64,000 nucleotides of DNA from assembly GCF_964355755.1 (NCBI RefSeq), contig NC_092680.1, positions 16,563,045 to 16,627,044 on the forward strand, read 5' to 3'. Under the pieces are notes generated by a model. The model was not told the origin of the DNA. It searched no databases and saw only the letters and a list, made by a program, of their open reading frames with translations. Source of the stretch: Antedon mediterranea (lineage: Eukaryota; Animalia; Echinodermata). The position numbers and the translations under genes are program-made. Below, one piece after another: positions 25,401 through 37,400 of the stretch. Every line of letters starts with the position of its first letter. The first letter of the stretch is position 1.

Positions 25401-28400
25401 AAATGTTCAAAACTTCAAACTTTGAACCTATCCAATAATAACCTATCATCTATTCCTCGTGGGATATGTGGAGCTACAGCTCTTGAAGTATTGAATGTTT
25501 CAGGCAACAATTTGAACAAATTGCCTCGTCCTTGGAAATGTCCACTGGTAAGGGATCAAATTATTCCACTACAATAACTACATATTGTTTATACTCTTTA
25601 ACCTGTTTTTACAATTGATAATTATTAATATTTGTGATAGCCATACACGTTACAGTAACTGCCTCATAAACTTCTACATTAAAACAAGCTAATCTTATGT
25701 TATTGCAAAAACTGTAGTTAGAAGTAAGTTTCTCGCTGTTGGTAGCATACAAAAAAATTACTACATAAATACTGTATCATATTTCAGAGAATTTTATTAG
25801 CAGGGGCAAACAACATTAAAGAAGAGCAGAGGGATATGCATATATACTGGGAAGGAACACTTAAAGAATTAGACTTAAGTAGCAATGCATTGAAAGAGAT
25901 ACCTACAACAGTTACAAAACTTGTATCTCTTAAAACACTGAAACTGGCCTCAAATTACATCAAGGAGTTTCCAGAGCCTTGTGAGTGGAATATATTTGGA
26001 CTTCAGGAGTTGGACTTATCTTATAACAAATTAATTCATCAAGAGGATACCTCAGAGCTGTTGTAGGTTCTTAATTATACTAATAAATAGCTAACTTCTC
26101 CCAATGCCAGACACCTTTGGGCCTACATAAAATGTCTAGTTTTCCACTGAAATCCGGTTGTGTTTTTAATTTAGACCTTTTTGACACGAAGAAAAGGTTT
26201 TGGAAAGTTTCCAATTTTTAGAAAGTCTGGTATTGGGAGAGTCAACTGGAAGATTACCACTATACTACTACTTACCACTACTACTATCTGATAGGACAGT
26301 GATCAATTAACTATTGGTAATCCTTGGTCACATGTTCCTATATACATAAACATAAAAAAATAGTATTATTTATACTAACGTTTATGCTTTATGCTTGTAA
26401 ATTTATTCTTCCTAATCAACTAAAGAAAAGCATAATATAACTTTTAAAAAAGCTGAAAAATGTTTTCTTGCAATGTTGAAAAAAAAATAAATGCTCAATT
26501 AATTTTTTATTGTATTATTTTTTTTACATTTTTTTAAATATTTTTTTTCATCTTCTTCCAACAGCGACCAAAGTCGCCCATAACAGGATTAAATCAATAA
26601 ATATAATTTATATAGATAATTAATTAAACGACACAATTAGCTAAAATTACAGGTATTTCAATACCAAAGCAAATTATCATAAAGAATTGTATTGTTTATA
26701 TATACAATTGAATCAATTCATGTTAATTTCATTGAGTGAAGTCACTAGCTGTTATGACATTTGACCTTTTAATATCTTTGTTGGTAGGTTACAACCACCA
26801 AGATCACCAAGGTCACCACGATGCCGATCGCCATCACCAAGATCCCCTGTATCTCCAGATTCCTCATCACAGTTCTTCCTTGATTTGCAAACTACAAAAA
26901 CAAAGTTAGAATTCCCTGTATCATTCCTATCATCACTTCAGCATCTTCGCTTGGCTGGCTGTCAAATCAACTCTCTACCCATGTGCATATGCAAGATGGA
27001 GAACCTTTGGGAGCTTGATCTCCAAGGGTATGTTAATGATGATGATACTGATGCACTGATGCGTGACGCTTGTGTAAATCAAGTATATAAACACATGACG
27101 AAAAAGTCTACAAAGCTGTTGTTGTGTGATACCATCCTATTTTGTATACTTAATGATATAGTATTAAAAACAGGAGAGGCATACTTAGCCTACACAATGA
27201 TTGGTCCGAACCAAGATCTTTAAAAACCTTTGTCATAATAGCAATACATGTCAAATAAACACTAATAAAATCAGGTTATTGTAAAAAAAGATTGAAAAAA
27301 TGTAGAATGTCTTAAAATTTGGTTGTTATGCTACATTACTCAAGAAGACTGTTTTAACAGAACAACTAAAATGTTGAGATATTCTCAACAAAAGTCTTTA
27401 TCTATAGAACACTGTAAGATCGCGTTTTTTAAAACAACAAAATCAATAGTCTATTATAATTATATTTTCCATATGAATCAGAGGTTCATCTGTCCTAAAA
27501 TCAGCTTTATGAATATGAACAATTTGCACTGACCTTCATTTTTGGATATTCCACTGATAAAACTTATAATTTATTCATTTTTTTAATTTAGTTGTAATGC
27601 ACTAACAAGACTTCCAGAAAAATTAGGAGAACTGCAGTTTCTCTCACGAATAAATTTGAACGGAGCTCCAATCTGCCAGCCACAAGGTATTCAATCAGTT
27701 ATTGCAAACCCCAATGGATTGAATACTAAAGATCTGTTAAGGTTTTTAACAAACCGTCACCGAATGTCCGTTGAATTCAACACCATGAAAATGATGATCA
27801 TTGGACCAAAGGTAAATATATATTTCTGTTGGAAAACAAACAAAAACAATGATTTATTTATAAATTGTATTAATATCGTATTTTATTTAGGCTTAGTAAA
27901 AACAGCTCATCCACCTTGAATAATGGCCACCGCACCCCTCATAGAAGATCGTTTGGAATAAATAACCTAGGCCGCTTATTTGAATAAATATAGTACTATG
28001 GGGCTCGCCGTTCCTAACCCTCATTATTACTATATTTTTAGGCTTTTAGTACAATTTTGTTTGATAAAAATATGTACTGTACAGTATTATACATACTATT
28101 ATATAACATTTGCATACATGCAAAATACCCGGAAAATGTAACCAGGTCCAGCACAACTTTGTGGTTTGTATAAACTACCTACCATTTTTCCATATCATTA
28201 TTTTCTAGCATGGAGGAAAGACTACTCTCATTTCATCTCTAACAGATATCAAATGGCAGGAAGACCCAGAATCTGGTGTTGTTGTGAAGGAGTGTGAGTG
28301 GGATTTGAATGGAAATGGGTGCTGGGGAAGGGAATTAATTAATAAGGTAAATTACATAAGTTTTAATAGGCTTATAAATAAAGTATAATCACAAAGCCTA

Positions 28401-31400
28401 ATAATAGGTAACAATGCTTGATACCATACCTAGTGTTTAAATATTTGCTTTACATCACAAATTCTTTCATTGCAAAAAAGTGACAGTATGTTACATGGTT
28501 TTAGGTCTGTTTTTCTAGTGTTTAAACTACATTAAACATACTGCTAGCTTCAAAGGCAACGTGTGATGTTCAAAACTATGTTAGTGATATGCTTTAAATA
28601 TGGTAGTCATCATGTCTATATGGGCACATCAAATTGTTTTGTCATATGGTAGTAAAATTCCCAAATATGGTAGTGATATGACATTATCATGTCCATATAT
28701 GGGCAAATCACATTTTTTTGTCACATAAAGTTTGACAGTGTAGACAGAGCTTTAGAGTACTTTTGTGTAATTTTTAGTTGCAGAATTCAAGAACAACAGT
28801 TTCTTTCAATATATTTGATCTGAAGTGCTCTCCGGAGCTGTCTTTGGTTCACCAGAGCCTTATGACTACTAATACGCTGTTTATCCTTGTATGGGATGTA
28901 AGAGACGATGAAGAAGGCATTGATAAGCTAGGACCTTGGTTGCAGAATATTCAGGTAAATAATTTATGTATTTTTACCAGTGATTGTCCTATTAAAAGAA
29001 AGAATTGAACATTAGATTGGATGTGAAAGTTTGTTGTTGTTTTAGCAGTACAAGATGGAAAAAGAGAGACAATTTATAAAATAATTATATTGTATATGGT
29101 ATTGAATCGATATCACCTATTACTACAGTTTTATTTTATGTATTTAGGCACAATTGTGTCCAATGATTACCAATAATAAATTAATCACTGTCCTATCCGA
29201 TAGGTGGTAATCACCATGATACAGGGGCTATTTGTGAACCAGGTCAACAGGGTAACCTCCTACTCATCTGGAATGATGAACTGGGTTCTTTAAAGTGCAA
29301 ACGGGTAAACTTTGTACACTGTCCTTTCGATAAGACTTGTTCCACCACAAGAATTAAGAGCGAGTCAGCCTTCAAACATGCTGATATTGTTGTGTCATTA
29401 GGTATAGTAAACGTCGCACATGCCGGCCATTTGACTCCTAATATAGGATTTTAGTCTCTATTTCTTTCATAGGCAAGATCTGTGAACAACCAAGTGATCA
29501 TTGTTGGAACTCACATGGACAAACTACCATCAAGTGATGAAAGGAAACTGTACACACTAATCAGAGATCGCTACTTCAACAGTTCTGGATTTCCAAAGAA
29601 CATAATGTTCAGATGCGTTGATGCCTCCAGCCTGCAGGGTATGGGAATGAAAGAGTTAAAGAAAGACATACTGGATTTTGCAAGCAAATTCAAACTTCCA
29701 AAAGGAAAAGGAAACATTATTGGCAGATTGGTACATTTTTATTTACTTCAGTTCCTCTTCAGTATTGTTATCTTTGTTTTGTCTCTTAATAGGGAGGTTT
29801 CGCAACCTTACGAATACGATAACGAAAACGGATACGTCACACATTTGTGAAACTTTTGAGCTGATCCCCCACTTTCTTCCCGGTTAAATCCATTAAGATA
29901 CATCCAACTGATAAGCCATGGATTTCACAACAAGCAAAGGATCTTATAATGAAACGTCAACACGCTTTTACTAATCATGTTAAATCGCTGGAATGGAAAT
30001 TCTATAGGAATAAGGTACAAAAAGTGATCAAGAAAGACAAAATGAACTTTTACAATGAACGTTTATTAAACTTAAAAGTCACTAATCCCCATAAATGGCA
30101 CCAAGGCGTGCAGATGTTAGCTAATAAAACTAAACCCCAACCACTTATTAGTGTTGAGGATATTCCGCAGGATGACTATCATGGTATAAGTAATTTTGTA
30201 AACAACCATTTTGCTATAACTTCCCAAAGCAGACCTAGTATTGATTTATGTAAGCTCCCTACGTATTTACCTGCTAATAAACCCCCTAATGTAAAAGAAT
30301 GGGAAATGTACAATCAATTAAGAAAAGTTAAAGTAAATAAGTCCCCGGGCCCTGATAATGTGCCTAACAGATTAATAAGAGATTTTGCATGTGAACTAAG
30401 CATCCCTATGACTAATATCTTAAATGCCTCCCTCAGTGAGGGTCATGTCCCAACTATGTGGAAGGATGCTATTGTTACTCCGGTTCCCAAAGAAAATGGT
30501 TGTACTAGGGTTGACAAATTTCGACCAATCTCACTTACATGTATCCTAGCTAAGGTAGCTGAGGGCTTCATTAAAAAATGGCTCTTAACAGATATCGAGA
30601 AAAATCTTGATAACAACCAATATGGTTGCCGTAAACACTTTTCTACAACCCATAATTTGGTTGATCTACTAAATGTGTTCTATGAAGGTAGTAACATTCC
30701 CAAATCTGTTGGTCAGTTAGTTTTAACTGACTTTAGTAAAGCATTCGATTGTGTTGACCACACAATAGCAGTTTCTAAATTAGTAACACTTGGTTGTAGA
30801 CCTGAAATTGTACCGTGGTTAATTAGCTTTTTATCAAACAGAACCCAACAAGTACGCTATAAATCCACCTTATCAATGAGTGTTAATCTAACATGTGGCG
30901 TCCCTCAAGGTACGCTCCTTGGGCCTATGATCTTTCTTGCTCTAATTAATGATGCCATGCAAGACTCGCCATGTAAAACTTGGAAATATGTAGATGATTT
31001 GTGCATAGGACAGATAGTAAAAAAGGATGTAATTTCCTCAATTCAGAATGATGTTGCTTTACTGAATGTATGGTCTAATGAAAACAAACTAAAACTTAAC
31101 CCAACTAAATGTAAAACTATGTATTTTAACTTTCAAAGAAATCAATATGAACATGAACCCCTTTTCATTGGTAATGCTACAATTGAAATCGTTAATGAAA
31201 CTAAGTTACTAGGTTTATGGATTCAAGCTAACCTCAAATGGGACCGTAATGTTAAAGAAATTGTATCCAAAGCCAGCAGACGTCTGCATATATTATGTAG
31301 ATTAAGAAAGTTCAATCTTCCGAAATTTGATCTTGTAGATGTATTTAAGAGTTACATAAGACCAAGTGTTGAATATGCTGTCCCAGTATGGCATTCTAGT

Positions 31401-34400
31401 CTCACTAAGAAACAAAGTGATATGATAGAATCTGTCCAAAAAAGGGCTTGCAGAATAATATTGTGTAATGACTACATATGTTATGACCAAGCACTCAATG
31501 ATCTTTCTTTAGACACTTTATCTGATAGAAGGCGTAATCTATGCTATAAGTTTGCTCTGAATTGTTCAAAAAGTATTCATTTTGGAAAATGGTTTCCAGT
31601 GAAGAATGTAAGTAACATGAAACTAAGACGTGTAAAGTATCAACAACCCAAATGCAGAGTTGAAAGATATAGAAAAAGTGCAATTCCATACCTTATCTCG
31701 CTTCTAAATGAATAATCTGTATATATCACCCAGTACAGCTTTGCGATTTTTATTGATGCTTTTAGGTGTTTTTTTTTTCTATTTTAATATTTTAAGCTTA
31801 ACTTTTTGAATGTTCCTGTATTGTATTTCTTGTGTAAATTTCCTCCTTTTTTATATTTTTTTATCATTGGTTTTATACTTTTTTACAAATTTTAATATTG
31901 AACAAATGTAAATATCTTTGTAATTCAGCTAAGGCTGCGATAATGATATTGAAATAAATGAAATGAAATGAAAAAAAAAATTTCATATTCGTAAAGCGTT
32001 TTCGTGTTGACGAATATCACCAGTCATATTTGTAACTACAAAACGAGTATAGTTTTTGGGTCTATTTTGCACATTTTGCATTTGAATCAGGAATGATTCA
32101 TGATTATAATATAATTATACTTTTATTGAAAGTAATTTACTAAAGTAATTTACTAAAATACCAGGTCAATTTTGATAAATAGCAGTTTTTAAAGTCCTCA
32201 CTCGCTTTGATGTTACGCTAGGCCTAGGCAGCCAAGCACCAAGAAACACGTACTTGCGCTTCGCTCAAATTTACCGCAGTCATATTTTGGACGACGCCAT
32301 CAATATTTCGTTTTTATTTTTACTGGCTTACAAAAAACGAATATGTGTGCGTGACGTATCCGTTTTCGTTATCGTATTCGTAAGATTGCGAAACCTCCCT
32401 ATTAAAAAAAAAAACCTTTCTGGATATCAAACCAAACATTGATGCACTATAAACAAGAGCAGATCTTGCATTGTGTATAAGAGGGGGCACATTTCAAAGG
32501 CACAAAAAATTGCCTGAGATGAAGTGAAGTATGGGGTTAAGGGGAGGGAGGAGCTGACAGCTTAAAACAAAAATAAAATCTAATTTGCTTAAGTAAAACA
32601 TTTGGATATTGTATTTTTATTTTATTTACAGATTATTAAAATATAAAGATATTGCATTTTTCAGTTCTGCTTTCAGAAATATTTCTCTTTTATTCCATAG
32701 GTTCCACGAAGCTATGTTTTATTGAGAAATATTATTGAAGAAGAGGCATCCATGTTGATAAAATCTCATCGCCCACCTTACCTGACAGAAGCTAGTTTGA
32801 CTGACATTGTCCAAATACATCGACTTGATCTTGAAACAGATGAGGAGCTTCGAAATGGTAATTATTTTTATTTTTATTGACCATACAATTCAAATGTACT
32901 GAACTCATCCACTTTATTTAAAAATGATTCAAGTCATTTTCTTTTTGTTAATTTTATTTCATCACCCAACAGTGACCATACGTCACCATCGATAGGGCTG
33001 AAAGACATATAATGTAATATACATAGGCAAGAATCTACAAATAACAAAAAGACAAAAACAATTTAGACATTCGTGATATTCAACAAAACTTTTGAAGAAA
33101 ACAAGCAATCAAATGGAAGGAAACAGCACCATGAACTTTACACAGTAAATAATATAACTTGGGTAGTATACTATAGTGGAGGAATATATAGCTCGGTGAT
33201 CAATGTGCTTGCCTTTTGATCTCAAGGTCAACAGTTCTTTCTACTCCACTCATAAAATCAGGAATAAATAAGGATATATTAGTTTTAAAAACGTAACACA
33301 TCTTGCAGATAATTAAAATTCCATATATACGTAATCAGGTCTCTATTATGATAACAACCTCCTTGCACAATGTAAAAATATCGCGTTGTAAAACAACCTC
33401 AGTACATCATAAAACCACTTATCAAAGTTTCTAATTTTAGATCTGGTACTTTATGTTTTGGTGACATTTATGTTTACCATTCAAAGGACCAGTGAACTTT
33501 GATCAGTTTTTCAACAAACACAAATCAATTTCTCAATATATTATTACAATCACTACAATACTTTCTTTTTGTGAAATGAAATAGAAAGAAATCATACCAT
33601 TTTTTTGTAGTTGAGCTGTAGCTTGGTGGTTAACATGCTTGCCTTCCAATCTTAAGGTCCAGAGTTCATTTCTAACCTAGTGCCAGGGTTGTAACTCACA
33701 ACTCTTTCAACTCAACAATTTAACAATTTATACGCACGATAAATGATATAATACGGTAGTTTATCCATCCTGTAAGCGAGCTAATCGCTGTTGGATGAGT
33801 ATGAAATTTATACAAAATAAATAACATCTCAAACTACTTTTATAAATATACAATTAATTAAAACAAAGGGTAAACTCTAAATAGAGAGACAAAACCCATG
33901 TTGAGGATTAAATCTATTTGATCACTATCAGGAATCAGAGCACAACTTGTTCTGTATACAGTATACAGTATTTTAAAAAGTAATAATGATCACATGCATC
34001 AAAATGTCAAATTCTCATCTTGTCTCCTTATTATGAGTTAACTTTGTTTTAATTCTGAAATTGTTCAGTGAATCTCCTCCTTTTTTTTATCACTAAATTT
34101 ATTATATTTTTTATTGTGTTTAATGTTCTACTCTTTTCTTTTTAGCTGTGTTATTTCTATGTGACACTGGAACAGTTTTACATTTCAATGACAATATAAA
34201 CAGCATGGACACAGTATATTTCTTAAGCCCAGCCTGGTTGTCAAAGATGTTGAGTATAGTACTCAAAATTCCTAAAACTATGTTTCAGAATGGAAAAATT
34301 AAAATTGAGGAGGTAAAGGAAAGATATCTGAGCTCTAAAGAAAATGATGATTGGTTTGACCAGTATCTACACTTGTTGGCTAAATTTGAAATTGCTATCA

Positions 34401-37400
34401 GGATAGATGAGAGAAGGTAGGTTTGTAGGTAAATTCTTGCATAATGGACTTAGCTTAAAGGCTCTATGTCATGCAATTATTCAGTTACATATTTATATAT
34501 TTTTTAAACTATTGCAACAAAAAAATCAAAGTCATTCCTTATCTTTTTTATTACAATTTGTCTACAAGAAAAGAGAAAAATACTATCAAATGAAATATCA
34601 AATATACCAGCATTTGTAAGTGCTTGAGTGCTCACTGGCAAGAGGTCGCAAAGCTTAAGGGGCTCCAAAAAATGAGTAGCCCAATGCAACTATCTAGTGT
34701 TGGAGGGCCCCCTAGGAGTGCTAAACCAAGGCCTTTGTCCCCTCCATTACACTGAGGTCTCATACAGTTAGTATACTGCTGTTATTAAGCAAAAGAATAA
34801 GAAAGATATGTATTGTTAATGTACTGTTTTTTATGAAACCTTGACATAGAATTGTGTACAAGGATATCTTTAACATTTTAAGATTACCTGTTTCTTCATT
34901 TTAAGCATTGTTTATCATTAAACTGTAAAATATGTATTGTTATTTTAGACTGTTAGTGCCATGTAAATTACCCAGCCAGGAGCCAGGTCATACTGTAGAG
35001 CATGATTCTGGAAGCCGAAATGAAATAAAAAGAATCTATAAGATGGCGTACATTCCTGTTGGATTCTGGAACCGGCTCCTTTCCAAGCTCATCATAAGCC
35101 TACAGGCTGGTGACCGTGGGGCAATGTGTACAAGACGAGCCAGAAAATTTGGCTTGACAAGAAGAAAGTAATATTATTTTTTTTTTCTTCACATAATAAC
35201 TACTCACAATATTTCAATCACTTGCCAGTAGTGAATGACATAAAAGATACATTTTAGTGCATCTATAGAATTCGGGAGGATTCACAACTCTACGATAACG
35301 AAAACGTATACATCACAAAATTGACCTTGCATTTTTAGTGAATTACTTTCAATAACTTATCTATGAGCATATGATGTATAATCATAATCATTCTGGATTC
35401 AATGCAAAATGTGCAAAATAGATCAAAAACTATATTCGTTTTGTACTGCTGATATTAGTCAACACGAAATACGCTTTACGAAATGAAGTTCTGCTCAAAA
35501 GTTTAAAAAATGTGTGATGTATCGTTATCGTGTTCGTAAGATTGCAAAACCTTGTTATTGACTAAGCACAAACTAAATATTGTTGTTGAGTCATTTAAAA
35601 GAACAATTGTATTTCAATTTAAATTATGATTTATTATTTCTAAATTTATTTATAAATCATTGAAATCATAATGTCGGTTGTAATATTTGTGGTACTTTTG
35701 CTACAGATGTCAAGTGATAAATAGGTTTTAAAAAAATCATTCCATTTTTGTGTTAATAAGAATACATTTGCAAGTTGCTCATGCCAAATTGCCTCAATTC
35801 TGCAAAGCGTTACTCATTGGAAGATTAGTTAGTTTTACATTGACCTGTTTGTATTTTCAATAGTCGTAAAAGGTCTCCTGAAACAGGTAGCAAAACTAGG
35901 CAAGAGTTCTATTGGCAAGAAGGCCTTGTGGTGTTAGAAGACGGTGGTACCTTTATTGTGAAATCAGCAACTTTGAGTGGTACACCAGCTATTATGATTA
36001 GTGTTACAAGAAAAGACTCTGACTTCTCTGCCATTGGCTTCATTGTAGATCATATTAATAACCTCATTCAGGATGTTTTTCCAGGTATGATCTTAACAAA
36101 ATAAAGTCGGATATTTTTCATTACATTTATTTATTTCTTATAAATATATATAAGATTTAGAATGAATTTGAATGAAGTTTGTTGAACTCTGAAAAAGAGA
36201 AAGAAACTTATTTTAAGATGATGTGACATACAGTTTAATGGTCAAAACCAGTGTGTCTGCACCCTACAATGCATAATAATATATTCAGCACACTTAAAAT
36301 TTGTACATCCACCCCTATTTCAAAATGCAGTATACCAATTCATAGAAATATTGATTTTAAAAAGGAAACCTTAAGGTTACTATAGAACAAAGTCAGTATT
36401 TATTAAAAACTTAATATTTTTATTAATAAATAATATATTGAAATAATGCATTTTAGAAATTTTTGTTTAAGCAAAGAATAAGTCTAATTTTCACTGTTTA
36501 AAAAAAAAATAAGTTTACTTTTATTGATATGGATTATATCTTAAGTAAAAGAATGAATGAATTAAAAGCACAATATTTACATTTGTTTTCAGGACTTATG
36601 GGAATTAATGAGATGAATGGTGAAAACATTATGGAAATTCTTATCCCATGTCCAGTTTGTGATACCAACAAGCGTAAAGACTCTGTGTATGCATCCAGTA
36701 ACATTACCCATCAGAAGTTCTTCAACTTTGACGACTGTGTCTTCACTGCTACCAATGTTAAAGAAGCATATTGCAGGAAACATAATGGTGCAATATCATT
36801 ACAAATGATCATTCCAGACATATACATGCTTGACCTGAAAGTTGCTGCTCTCGACCCTGAAGGATTTGAAGTCAGCAAGGATGATCGTCTAGGCCGAGGA
36901 GGGTTTGGTTCTGTATTCAAATGTGAACACAACGGTCAAGAACTAGCAGTAAAGCAGTTTATAAATGTTGATCGATTTCTATCAAAGCAAGGCCTGGAAG
37001 ATTTTGTGATTACTCCATGCAGTAATGCTTTCGACCACAGTCGTACATCTTCTTGTAATTCTTGTTGCAGCTCAGTCAGTTCGACGCCTTCAAGCGGATC
37101 ATCAATGCATGAATCTGATAAAATATCGGCATTAAAGATTGAAGTCGTATCAAAGTTTGCTAATCTCCGAAGTGAAGTAGCTACAATGACTCGGTTAAAA
37201 CATGCATGTATTGTACAGTTAGTTGGCGTGTCAATTAGAGGAGTGTGCTTTGCCATGGAATGTGCACCACTTGGAGATCTGAAATCTTTACTAGAAAAAC
37301 AACTTGACAATAAAAAGCAAAATGTTAAATTTGGATCACGATTACAAGGATGTATATTGGAGAGGACAATTACCTTCAAAATTGCACACCAGATTGTTGC

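Larger units (their letters stand above)
29790..32400. mobile_element. Non-autonomous DNA transposon (about 50-bp TIRs) interrupted by a LINE
   Basis: Left TIR agggaggtttcgcaaccttacgaatacgataacgaaaacggatacgtcac; right TIR gtgacgtatccgttttcgttatcgtattcgtaagattgcgaaacctccct. The flanks ttaat|...|attaa read as an AT (or TTAA) target duplication. Confidence 0.85.

Noticed and set aside
26175-26229. Extra ROCO exon (TFLTRRKGFGKFPIFRKS)
   Set aside because: It is open only in phase 0, whereas the flanking exons require phase 2, where it hits a stop immediately.
23556-27027. LRR exon shuffling or hypervariable LRR cassette, as described for some algal ROCO genes
   Set aside because: The LRR exons differ in length and phase and are not near-identical modules; there is no sign of a shuffling array.
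29949-31715. RT as a domesticated exon of the ROCO gene, or a retron/DGR-type RT
   Set aside because: Exons ending at 29730 and starting at 32701 join in frame without it. The motifs, 5' truncation and microsatellite tail are those of an ordinary non-LTR element.
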